Shown in pieces: positions 26,337-38,282 of a stretch of 64,000 nucleotides of DNA (its first letter is position 1; each line of letters begins with the position of its first letter). The stretch is from Octopus vulgaris (taxonomy: Eukaryota), in assembly GCA_951406725.2 (NCBI GenBank), contig OX597815.1, positions 153,636,001 to 153,700,000 of the forward strand. Reading direction: 5' to 3'. Position numbers and translations under genes: made by a program. The notes under the pieces were generated by a model. It saw only the letters and a program-made list of their open reading frames with translations, did no database searches and was not told where the DNA came from.

Positions 26337-28825
26337 TAAGGCAATTTTTTAATGGCGGTGCCCCAGCATGGCCACAGCTCATTAGCTGAAACTGGAAAAA
26401 TCAAAATCAAAAATATAGAATAGCATTGGCAAAAGTGAAATATTCACATTATTTTCTTATGTAAGTTTTACCATGGAATTTACTTTGGGAAAATAAATTA
26501 TCTTTAATTTTCAATTATATTCATTCACACAAATATGAAAATAAATAATGGCATTAAAGGTATTAAGTTTGGTATGCCTTTTGTTATTGTTTACAGCTGA
26601 ACTACTGCTAGTAAAAAGAGGCAGAGATGTTAAATGATTTGTATAAAGTACACACTTGAGATGGTATACAAAAGCAAAACATCCAACACAAAATAGTCAT
26701 AGTTGTTGCTGAATACTTTTTGAAAAATCAACATAAAAAAATTCACCCCAAAGCCACTTCTAATTGCTTCATGTTTTGACTCTTTTTCTGTATTAGGTTG
26801 TATTTCATTCCAACACTGAAGTATGGCCATGACAGCGTATGTCAAAAGACATATTTTGTAAATTCAATTTTCACTATGTATACAAGATGATACACACACT
26901 GCCCAATACATGACTGGATTTGGTTCTAACCCAGTGACCATGAATTGATAAGGCTGTATGTGCTTCTCACTTGCTTTTGGCATGTGGCACATGTGGTGTT
27001 TTATATCTAACACTAGTGTGTACTGTACTATGTAAAGCATTTTACCTTCTCTTTTATACATTACTAAATGCAGTTACATTATTTTTCATTTTTTTTTCTT
27101 GGTCAGTGCTGGAATGCCTTTGATTATATTAGGTTTGCTCAATGAAGATTAACCCAGGGGTTAAGTAAATTGCTTACTGTTATTCTATTTTATATTTTTA
27201 TATCCCCTCTTCACCATCATCATTTAGCTTTCACTTTTCTATGCTTGCATGGGTCAGAAGGAATTTGTTAAGGTAGGTTTTCTATAGCCAGGTACCTTTC
27301 CTGTTGTCAACCCTCACCTGTTCCCAAGCAACATAATTTTATATTCACTTTCCATGCTGGCAGGAGTTGGACAGCTTGTCCTAGTTCAAGACATTTCTTA
27401 GAGGGAGCCACTGGTTCTTATACATGTTGTCTGGCTTGGCTTCAATGACTGTATGCCCTTCCTGTTGCCAACCATTTTACAGTGTGTACTGGGGAAATTT
27501 CCTTGTAGTGTCAATACTAGAGAGATTGAACAGCCTCAGTGAGACAGAAGTAAAGCCCCCTCTTGCCCACACACACAAACCTAAACTTTCTCTGTTCATC
27601 TACTATTCACTTTACAGTGTGTCCTATGCATAATTGTATTTTGCTCGGAGCAAAGTAAAAAGAAAACAAAAAAAAAAGCAATCCAGTGTTTGTTTGAAAG
27701 TTTTCATGATAGTCACCTTCTATTCATTCCAGCAAAACCTCAAAAACACTTCTGGCCTTAGCTTAAATTGATAGTAGATATATGAGTTTTTGTATATGAC
27801 CTTTTGTCCAGAATATCAAGAATTTTCTATTTCATGGATCACAAGGTGGCTAAACCTTTTACTGTCAGACACTCCTTCCATGCCCTTAGAAATAACACTG
27901 AGCATTGAATGGGGTAACTATAGATCCCTCCATGTTAGCTAATAATTTTTATTTTAATTTTCAAACCCTGTAGTTTTTCTGCTTCCTGCTTGGTGTTTAA
28001 GACAGATGGAGAAACCCTTTTACATGACATCTTTGGCAATGGTAAATCCAGAGAAGCTAAGTGAAATATTTGGTATATGTTCCAAAGCTGATTTGGAACA
28101 TAGTCCTACGACTGGCCAGAACTTGCCAAACCGTCCAACTCATACCAGCATGGAAGACAGATGCTAAATGATGATGACGAAATATATATATATATATATA
28201 TATATAGTGTGTTATTGGTGGGCGATCTATGATTACAACGCAAAGCTGTCACTTTTATCATTATTTATCGGCTTCCCCTTTTGTCGATGTTTTCCCTGGT
28301 CTTGAACTTTCAGTTAGGCTAGAACTACTAGTTATATATCTTTGCTGACCACTACTTGCTACGCACCGATAGCGGTCGAATATTAGCTTAAAATTCACTT
28401 GTTTGAAGTAGTATTATTGATGTAATTCAACTACAAAACTGCAGGTGATGTTAAGGTTTGCGAAAGTGGAAACGGCACGTTATTCTCCAAGATCGCCTAT
28501 ATATATTATACAATAATTTAACATAACGCGACGCTCTCACTTAAGATTCTGTTTTGCATACTGTACTTAGAAATAAAGTTTCCACACTACCCACGGATCT
28601 CATTGATGAACTGGTGAGAATTAAAAGTTACGAAAGGATAGTGGGGAGATATTGTTACAATAACACTAAATCGTTACAGGCCTATTGTCGTTTATGTTCT
28701 AATCGGCAAAAACGAATGATGACCTAATCTTAGTTCAGAAACCGTTACTTGGGTGTGTGAGAAAATTATGAAAATTAATACAAAATACGGAAACGAAATT
28801 TTATATTTTGTAAAATTACAATCTG

Positions 28826-28916
28826 GGCAAAAGTAAAGAATACGTACACCCGGTGTTTATGGTTAGGGTTATTGTTAAGCCGAAAACGAGTGGTGTACGT
28901 ATTCTTTACCTCCGCC
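28826..28916. mobile_element. MULE-type MITE with internal telomere-like GGTTAG repeats
   Basis: TIRs GGC(A/G)(A/G)A(A/G)GTAAAGAATACGTACACC. Perfect 9-bp TSD TACAATCTG (28817-28825 / 28917-28925). Confidence 0.8.
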
Positions 28917-29019
28917 TACAATCTGTATATGTATATATATAAAAAACAGTTAAAGCATCACAGAAATAACAAAATACTATGAATACGGTATTACACTGGA
29001 AATGAGTATGGTGTATATA

Positions 29020-29056
<37 letters not shown>

Positions 29057-30176
29057 CTTTGTAACTTCTGCCGATTAAATAACACACACACACTCAGACT
29101 ATGTCGTTTTGATACATTCTAATCCATTATACACGTTCTATTTTGGTGTTTGCATTATCTATCTATCTATCTAAGACACGCACACACATATATACATATA
29201 CAAGATATATATATGCATAATCATGAGCGCGCGCGCGCACACACATATTGATCTATCGCATGTATTTCATTTGCACTTTTAGCAAACGTGTCATATGAAA
29301 ACAGCAAAGATCCCAAGTGTGTTTTATTGTTAAACCTCTCCATTTAAAGTTGGAGAACAATCTTATATATGCTGCAGGACGTGGCTGTCGCATTTCAGTT
29401 GTCATTACTGATTTCTGGAATTTACACATTGCTGTTAAATTTAATAGCCATTGACGTGCTTCAAGTCAAAATATTCTTACTTCTACTGCTGCTAGATCAC
29501 GAAATAATAAAAGCGAAAACAGCAGGAAATGTAAGGAATTGTACCAAAATACTAGGTATGTAATGATAGTCAAAGAAGGTATATGTCTATGCGATAAGCT
29601 TGATTACTTGAGACAGCAACCAAACTTTCAAATTATACCGTATTTTTCTGTAAAAAGAAGGACAAGTTGAACAATGTAATCATAAATGGACACTAAATCG
29701 TTAAGAAAAGGGCTGATCGCGACTGGAACATCTTTCAGTACTGACCTGAGACTAAACAATTACAATTACTGCATTTATCAATTTGTTCGATAACCAATTT
29801 TTTTTGGTCATTAAAAAAAAAAAAGCATGCCGATGCGACGTTTTGCTTTAAATAGATATATTTGTTTAAGTGTTGCATTTAAATGAAGATGAATTATAAA
29901 AATGAAAATCGAAAATAAAAGAAAATATAAGAAAAGGGCTCAAAACAATCGAGAGTTTTACAATTGATGGTGTATTTAACTTAGTATTCCGTCTCCAACA
30001 GACTTTAGAAAACTACATACAACTATTTGCAAATATATACGCGAGAACGTTTAGGCTGTGACAAAAAAATCGAAGTAAATTTTCAATATTAATTATGAAA
30101 TTGAGTCATTAACAGGCCTGAATGTATGAAACCAAAAACCAAAAGAGATGAGCGGCAAAAGTACATATATACATAC

Positions 30177-30208
30177 AACATCATTCGAAACGTTGCCATA
30201 AGTTTCAT
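30177..30208 (-). CDS. Speculative first coding exon (MKLMATFRMM+TT) of the NT5C3 gene
   Basis: ATG preceded by an in-frame stop, with a TT/GTATGT donor in phase 2 that matches the phase required by exon 11984-12023. It lies in the CpG-retaining zone just beyond the CpG-depleted region. Confidence 0.2.
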
Positions 30209-30793
30209 AAGTTAGTCAGTAACCCGTTGTTTTTTGTTTAATTTTCACTAAAAAAAATTCAATTAAAGAATATTTTGTGGGGTTTGTCTACGGTATTCGC
30301 TACATCACCACCAACTGAGCTTAATTCTACGAGGATGCAATGCAAATAGTAACGGCACTCGATAACTGATGAATGTACTATTATTGTTATTTAGTCATAA
30401 TCAAGTAGACCTATAATCAAAGGTGTTCCAGCCGTGATCATCCAGTTTATTTTTTTATACTCACTATATCCATGTCAGCAATATATTTGGTTTTGACGAT
30501 TTCAGTCAAATGTAAACTAACAATTTCAAGGCAAACGCAGCGACACAAGGGACGTAACTCTTGTCTTGGATAATTACAACTTAATTTGTGCTGACTTAAT
30601 AATAGACTTTAAAGACGAGCAAAGATGACATTCGCCACCCACCTCCTTATTGCCCTCTCACCACTTCTCTCCCTCTAGCTCCCCCTCTTCTCTCCTCTTC
30701 CTCCTCCTCCTCCTCCTCCTCTCTTTCATGCATTTGAAAGGGGATATGTTCTCAAGAGATTAAATTTCCTGAAAGCATTTTATTCGTATATAT

Positions 30794-31012
30794 CGGTGCC
30801 CCGTAACCGTTTTTTTTCACTTTCGGTACACTTATATTGTTTTCAAAATGGATCTATGGAACAGATCCTTCAAAATTCTACGGTACACCTGAACTTTAAA
30901 ATATTACTAAAAGTATAAGGGGGAAAAAATAATATGTAGGTTACACTGCGGCACACCTAGCATCGTCTCATGGCACATCAGTGTGCCGCGGGATACCGGT
31001 TACGGAGCACTG
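30794..31012. mobile_element. hAT-type MITE
   Basis: TIRs CGGTGCCCCGTAACCG / CGGTTACGGAGCACTG; 8-bp TSD GTATATAT/GTATATTT. Confidence 0.7.
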
Positions 31013-32247
31013 GTATATTTGACTGAAAGTATAACAAGTATTCCGTATTTCAGCATAAGCGCAAACATTAACATGTTTAAAGTTAGTCACTGGGACATCT
31101 GTATACTCTTTCCAAGATATCACAGCAGAGTATGGGATTAACTCTTAAAAAAATAAATCGATATTAAGTCGTAACACCTTTGAATGTATTTTTTTTTATA
31201 TCTCCTTTCAATCAATGGAATACAGCCATGCTAGAGCACCGCCTTCAGGGGTTTTAATCGAACAAATCAACCTCAAGACACTGTTGTTGTTATATATATA
31301 TATATATATATATATAATGTATTGAGTAATAAAGGAAATAGTGAGTACTTAGTATGAAAGATTAAGAAAATGAGAGAGACTGAAAAAACGTGTTAACGAT
31401 ACGAGATACTTTATTAGACTGCCGTTGTTGTACAAGGTATTTGTTGTGGCGGGAAACTTACTGAATGTCCTTGTATCAAGGGAGACAATGGGCAATGTTG
31501 ATTGTTCTTGTTTGTTGTTATGATTACATAACAGACACTATTAACTCAGGTACTAACTCTATCGGTTTCTTTTGCCGAACTGCTATTTACGGGGAAGGAA
31601 GAAACAAATCCATACCAGATGTCAAGAAGTTGCGGGGAACAAACAAACACAAAGGTACGACTAGCTTCCACACAGTTTCTGTTTAACAAATTTACACTCA
31701 AGACATTAATCGGCCCGGTGCTATACCAGAAGACACTTGCCCAAGGTGTCGCATAGTAGGAGTGAACCCGAGACCAAGCTTCGTAACTCCACACACTAAA
31801 GCCATGGAAAGAAAAGGCAGAGAGAGGAGATAGAATGCCTGAGAGCAGAGTCCGATTTCCAGCCAATCAGTCAAGTTAATAGAACAATCCCATTGGATTT
31901 TGTAGTGGATTACGAGTTGTTTGGGGGTATCTTCAGTAATTTCTGGCTCTGAAGAACAATGCTAAACTTGAGATGCAAATTTTAGGCGTAGACGTGGCTG
32001 TGTGGTAAGAAGCTTGCTTCCTAACCACATGGTTCCCGGGTTCAGTCCCACTATGTGGCACCTTCAGCAAGTGTCGTCTTTTATAGCCTTGAGCCGATCA
32101 AAGCTTTGTGACTAGATTTAGTAGACGGAAACTGAAAAAAGCCCGTCGTGTATATATGTATATATATTTCAAAATGTAACTACATGTGAATCCCCCCCCC
32201 CCACCTCAAACCGTTTTCCTTTTCTCTTGGTCTTTCCTCTGTCTCCT

Positions 32248-32282
32248 GTTTCTGAAGAAGAAATTTGCTCGAAACGTAAAAC
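32248..32282 (+). ncRNA. Minimal type I hammerhead motif (stem II decayed) in a ~220-bp repeat (32165-32385)
   Basis: GTTT-CTGAAGA-a-gaaatttgctc-GAAA-CG-TA-AAAC; same repeat family as 59790-60016. Confidence 0.5.
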
Positions 32283-32382
32283 TAACTTTCTTTCCTTTCC
32301 TGAGCGTCTGTTAATACTTTGCTTGTACCACGTCCTCGCGTAGTTTTTTTTCTTGTGTTTTTTATTCGTTCTTTTTTGGGAT

Positions 32383-32413
<31 letters not shown>

Positions 32414-32484
32414 ATTTAATAAATAAAATATATGCATAAATACATACATATATGTACGTACCTACATCTACATGTATATATACA

Positions 32485-32556
<72 letters not shown>

Positions 32557-32678
32557 TACAGGACACCACAAATAGACGTAGAACTCAACGAGAAACGAAA
32601 ATATAAAAACAAACATGGAAACGGCCTTTTTTTAACAACGAAAAAACAGAGTACAAGACAAACAATACAAGGAATATT

Positions 32679-32740
32679 CCCCTTCATCAGCTGTCCCTGG
32701 TTCGACTCCATGCGTGTTTCGAAGGTAAGGACAGAACACG
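32679..32740 (-). ncRNA. Candidate non-circularly permuted (rearranged) hammerhead ribozyme
   Basis: Minus strand: CGTG-TT-CTGTCC-ttac-CTTC-GAAA-CACG-catggagtcgaaccag-GGACAG-CTGATGA-a-GGGG. All core nucleotides and three stems are present, but the strands are in 3-2-1 order. Confidence 0.55.
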
Positions 32741-33148
32741 ACCCGTCGAAATAATCCTTCCTGCAAAAGAATTAAATAAAATTCCCTTGCAGAGGGGTAA
32801 AAACAAGGAAAGAAAAAATGTGACAAGAACAGGACGTAAAAGCAATACAAATAAAAATACAAATGCAAATATAAAAATATACAGTACACATAAAGAATAA
32901 AAACAGGACAAGGAAGCCAACATTAAGGGGCTTTTTTTTAAGCCTATATATATACATGTATATATACATGTAGATGTAGGTACGTACATATATGTATGTA
33001 TGTATGCATATATTTTATTTATTAAATTATTGTATGACTGAGCGCCCTCGCGTCGTTTCGTTTCTTTTCTTTTCTCCAAGTAAGTTTATATATATATATA
33101 TACATACACACATATATACATATACATACATACATACACATACATACA

Positions 33149-33182
<34 letters not shown>

Positions 33183-33248
33183 CATATACATACATACATA
33201 CACATACATACATACATACATACATACATACATACATACATACATACA

Positions 33249-33336
<88 letters not shown>

Positions 33337-33639
33337 TTAATGATAAAGAGTATGGAGAGTTGTACATCTAAAAAAATTATTTTATAGTTATATACTGCAT
33401 TTTATAATGACCTACACGCGTTTCCGCTGTGGCAACTACTGAGTGGCGGATGCAGCAGGGGTGTAGTCCGGGCAGCTAGGGCAACACCATTTCTAGCCGA
33501 GCCGATACAAGAAAAAAAAAAAAAAAAGGAACTGACCATCTTATTAAGTTATGATACACAAGTGTAGTTTGTTATTACTTTCCATAGGTAAATCAATACT
33601 CACAGCACAACACTACTTACTGTTTCATATGCATATGGA

Positions 33640-34770
33640 CGGGATCCGGACAAAAGCCCCTCGGACAAAGCCCCTCAGACAAAGCCCCACGGTTATATTT
33701 TTCGGTTAGTTGTTTTTTTACTTATTGCAGTCATTAGACTGTGGCCATGCTGGAGTACCACCTTGAAGAATTTTTAGTCGAATGTATCAGCCCCAGAACT
33801 TTTTTCAACCAGCCCATGAAGTGAAGCGTAGAAGGTCTCTCCCACATGCTAGAATAACAGCCAAATCTTTTAAAAATGTGTTTGTTATAATTTTATGTAA
33901 GCAAAAACAGAAATCGCAGTTGTAAAAAAAAAAAAAAAACTTTTATTTTCCAAAATTCCAATTTTTAAGTAAATAAAATATATTCAATCGAAAATAAATA
34001 AGTAGAATAGAATAACAGAACACAAGACTCTTTACTACTCAATGTACATATTGTCTGAATTTCAACAGAACGGAAAGCATTTACTTCAAGAAATGCGTAG
34101 AAACATAAAAACGATAAGAAGTACGTTTGAATGACTAGCCTTCGGCGCCATAATTCTGTTAGACTTTCAACGGCCGGAAAAAGTTGGAAAGGTCAGCTCA
34201 TTCTCATTAATCTGTAAGTGCTGAGAGAAGGAAACAAAAGACTGTAAATTTAAATCTTAAAATGCTGATTTTTCTGCGACTAAAAGTTCTTCAAGGCAGT
34301 GCCCCAGCATGACCGCAGTCTACTAAATGCAACTAGTAAAAAGAAAATAAATTCTGGCGTCGATACGTTCGACTAAAAGTTCTACAAGGTGATGCCCCAG
34401 CATGGCCGCAGTCTAATAACTGCAACTAGTAAAAGGTGAAAAAAAAAAAATTAACCGGAAAATATAACCGTGGGGCTTTTGTCCGAGGGGCTTCCGTCCA
34501 CATTCACACTTTAACTATGGGGCTTTTGTTCACTTTCATACTTCAACTATGGGGTTTTTGTCCACTTTCACACTTTAACTATGGGGTTTTTGTCCACTTT
34601 CACACTTTCAATATGGGGTTTTTGTCCACTTTCACACTTCAACTATGGGGTTTTTGTCCACTTTCACACATCAACTATGGGGTTTTTGTCCACTTTCACA
34701 CTTTAACTATGGGGTTTTTGTCCACTTTCACACTTCAACTATGGGGTTTTTGTCTGAGGGACTTGTCGCA
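33640..34770. mobile_element. Foldback-type non-autonomous DNA element with (GGACAAAAGCCCC)n subterminal repeats and SINE tails within its inverted arms
   Basis: 33650-33790 is the reverse complement of about 34350-34490. A second left-end copy lies at 54475-54750. Confidence 0.65.
34497..34752 (+). repeat. 32-bp minisatellite, 8 units (TCCACTTTCACACTTYAACTATGGGGTTTTTG)
   Basis: Units start at 34497, 34529, 34561, 34593, 34625, 34657, 34689 and 34721, with no spacers. Confidence 0.95.
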
Positions 34771-35158
34771 TAAGGTCTGCTACAACGAAATTAAAATACA
34801 TAAAAACGCATCTATTTGCTACGAATTGCGATTCCCACCTTATATTGTATTTTTTCGAAACTCTTGGGCAATAACCCCTCCCCCCAATCCTGGATCATCC
34901 CCTGCTTACTCATTGCAAGTACTACACACGAAATCAAAAATAAAGCACACACATTAAAATGAACAAAAAGCCTTGCAAAAACAATAAACTTGACCCGTGA
35001 TTTATTTTAGAACAAGTTCTTACTTCGAACGGCACTGGTGTGAATTTGAGGCCCACAACACATGCCTATAAATAACACGCCCCGCCCAACCTTCCACAGG
35101 ACAATAACTAACAAAAATTTACTTCAGTCAGTTCACTTCGAGGATAACCAAATGGACG

Positions 35159-35242
35159 GATCCTGATTAAGCTGCACCGACAATAATGCAAAGTTGCATT
35201 TGCAACAGTAAGTAGTCGCTGCTGCAGAATCACGTGTAGGTC
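35159..35242 (+). ncRNA. Degenerate hammerhead motif in an inverted repeat (partner arm 33335-33440)
   Basis: GATC-CTGATTA-a-gCTGCA...TGCAG-AAT-CACGTG-TA-GGTC. The partner arm retains GGAAACGCGTGTAGGTC on the minus strand. Confidence 0.4.
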
Positions 35243-35313
35243 TTATAATATGCTGTATAAGATTGTAAAATAAATTTTGTGGATGTACGAGTCTCCATGC
35301 TCTTTATTATCAA

Positions 35314-35770
35314 CTAGCAGCATAGCCCGACGTTGCCCGGGTATGTAAGAGCCCCTAGTAGGCAACGACTAATCCCAATCTAGTCCTTTCCCTCTAGGGA
35401 ACGAAGGCGCATGTGTAGGTTGCAATGTCTTCTCTTCACTCGAATACTTCTGTGTATACAATGTTCCTAGCTGTCCCTTTGGGCGAAAACATGAAAACAT
35501 CATTGTGCCTCCCAACGCGTGAACAGCCCACGTACAGCCCAGAAAATGTGTTGCATATAAAAAGCTTAGATTCTCGACCCCATGTCGAATTTATCAATTT
35601 TTTCAGAACTGGGGGAACTTTTCAAAATTTTCGCTGCGTTAGTTTTGAATTATGACATTGGGCTATGTGTGTGTCAAGTTTCATTAGAATCGGTTGAAAG
35701 CCGTGGTCAGGGTGAGGGTACAACCTGACAGACACACAGACAGACAAACTGCCGTTTATATATATAGAGA
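35314..35770 (-). mobile_element. Non-autonomous Helitron
   Basis: Minus strand starts A|TC, ends with a GC-rich hairpin (cccgggcaacgtcggg) and CTAG|T, and has an internal (CTGT)n. Confidence 0.8.
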
Positions 35771-36138
35771 TAATAATATCTACTCCAGAAAATCTTTATT
35801 GGAAGAATTAATGGAGTGACTTACAACAAATTGTAGTCACAGACGTTAAATACTGATCGAAGTGGTTAGCCGTTAAGTGGAACTTAACTGAGAGCAGATA
35901 CGGCGTGCGCCCAGACAGTTTGTCAACCACTACTGCCCGACAACTGGTGTTGTGTTTCTTCCCGTAACTTAGTGGTTCGGCAAAGACACCGATAGAATAA
36001 GTACCAAGCTTAAAAAATAAGTTCTGGTGTTGATTTCTTCGACCAAAACCCTTCATGGTGGTACCCCGGCATATCCGTAGTCAAACGACTGAAACAAATA
36101 AAAGATGTATGTATGTATGTATGTATGTATGTATGTAT

Positions 36139-36170
<32 letters not shown>

Positions 36171-36179
36171 TATACATAC

Positions 36180-36264
<85 letters not shown>

Positions 36265-36289
36265 CACACACACATATATATATATATAT

Positions 36290-36361
<72 letters not shown>

Positions 36362-36552
36362 CCCAAGTACAGACTACAAACAATCCATATTCATATTCTA
36401 CAATACACAACACTGCAAATAGCCAACACATGAAATATAGAAGACAACCATCAACCCATAATTTCAAACACTATAGATAAATAAATACAAAGGAAAAAAA
36501 AACATGAAAAACAAATAACATACAGACAACCATCAACATATACTCTAGATGA

Positions 36553-38237
36553 ATGAATACATGGGAAGAGAGACAAATAAAATACATACAGCACAGGTAT
36601 TATAATAAGAATAATAATCATCATGATAACTCAAGCAACCCACGATTTACGACCAAAAATCTCATATATCCTGAATGGCGAAAAAATCATGGAAGATGGG
36701 AAGAAAACAAAACTTATAACCAACGGAATTCGTATAAAAGGCACGAACCATCCTCCCGCCTACATGGAAACCAGAACAACGAAATCAGAAAATGGAGACA
36801 CGGTAAAACAATTCCTTTTTTAGGAAGAAAATACCAAAATCACTCATCGGACCCGATAAAACACAAAATTTAAATAAACACAGAACATGTAGACCCGAAG
36901 ATTATAAATTTGGGAAATAGGAACCTCAACAAGAATGAGATGAACCTCTTGTTAAAAGGTTTCAAGTTTACCCCGTCACCCACCCCTAATCTCATTGAAC
37001 TGAAATCTGATATTGATCACTTCAACCGCCACCTCCGACTTATAGAATTCTTGAACAGTAAGGATTTAAATGATGAATCATTAGTCAGAAATAAATCCCG
37101 CTTCACCCCCTACAATGTGAAGGACAAATATTTGGACGCGTATATAGACACGATTTCAAAATTTTCCTTAAATCCCATAGATGCAAACAAAATTTTCGCA
37201 AAGAAGAAAAGGAAGCCTTACAAACACTGAAGAATGACAACTCAGTCATCCTAAAAGAAGCGGATAAGGGAAGGGTGATAGTAATCATGGACAAAGACTG
37301 TTATAAAGATAAACTATTGGAAATGTTAACAAACCAAATCTACTGCAAGGAAGAACCAAGACACCCAGAAAAAACAATAATGAATAAAATCAGAAGACTT
37401 ATCAATGAATTCCAAGATTCCTTCACAGACAAGGAGAAAGACTATATATGCAACAAATAGTTGTGGGACTTCGAGCACCAACGCAACAACTAAGTCATTT
37501 TTTAGATATACTCCTAAAACCTTTGTGCCCTTTAATACCCAGTTATGTACGGGATGGCATAGATTTCATCCAACTCGTCCCTCCAACTATCGAAGAAGCT
37601 ACTATACTCACAAGTTTTGATGTCACCAATCTCTATACTAATATACCTCAAACTTTAGGCCTAGAAGCAATCAAACACTGGGTAGAGAAACATAGAGGAC
37701 GGATAAGTAAACGCTTCAAGATTGACTTCATCACCTAGGCCACATGCCTTGTACTAGAAGAAAATACCTTTAGATTCGACAATAAAGCATATCGACAGTT
37801 AAAGGGCACGGCTATGGGTACGCAGTTTGCACCCTCATATGCAAACTTAGTTATGGGATACTTGGAAGAAAAACTTTATGAGGAAGTAGAAAAAACTTTT
37901 GATCAGGAGTACATGAAATATATTATTAAAAAGTGGAAACGCTTCCTTGATGATTGCTTCATCTTCTGGAACAGATCGAATGAAGATCCAAGTATATTTA
38001 ACAATGTACTGAACGCACTTAACCCATCCATCAACTTTACGACAGAATCCAGTTGCAATGAATTACCTTTTCTGGATATCCACATAAAAATACAGAACTC
38101 CACAGTCACAACAGACATATTTAAAAAAAAAAAAAAAACCCAAGAAGCTGACACACACCCATATTTAAATTTCTACTCTTGCCATCCATCACACATCAAA
38201 AGAAACATCCCATACAGCAAGGCAAGAGGCATCTGTG
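36553..38237 (+). pseudogene. Penelope-like element reverse transcriptase, frameshifted and truncated before the GIY-YIG domain
   Basis: LLLKGFKFTP, ILKEADKGRVIVIMD, SFDVTNLYTNIP, QLKGTAMGTQFAPSYANLVMG, KRFLDDCF, LPFLDI, YLNFYSCHPSHIK. Confidence 0.9.
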
Positions 38238-38282
38238 CTATATGGTCGTTATATCAATCTCGCCGATACAATCATTGATATA

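Noticed and set aside
34497-34752. Regular 32-bp repeats resembling a CRISPR array, and the 173-aa ORF 34436-34957
   Set aside because: The units are contiguous with no unique spacers, there are no cas genes and the context is eukaryotic. The ORF is a translation of the minisatellite.
36553-38278. Telomerase-like or bacterial retron/group II RT gene
   Set aside because: The motifs (ADKG, LYTNIP, QxxGxAMG, HP.H.K) fit Penelope-like elements, and the frame is disrupted.
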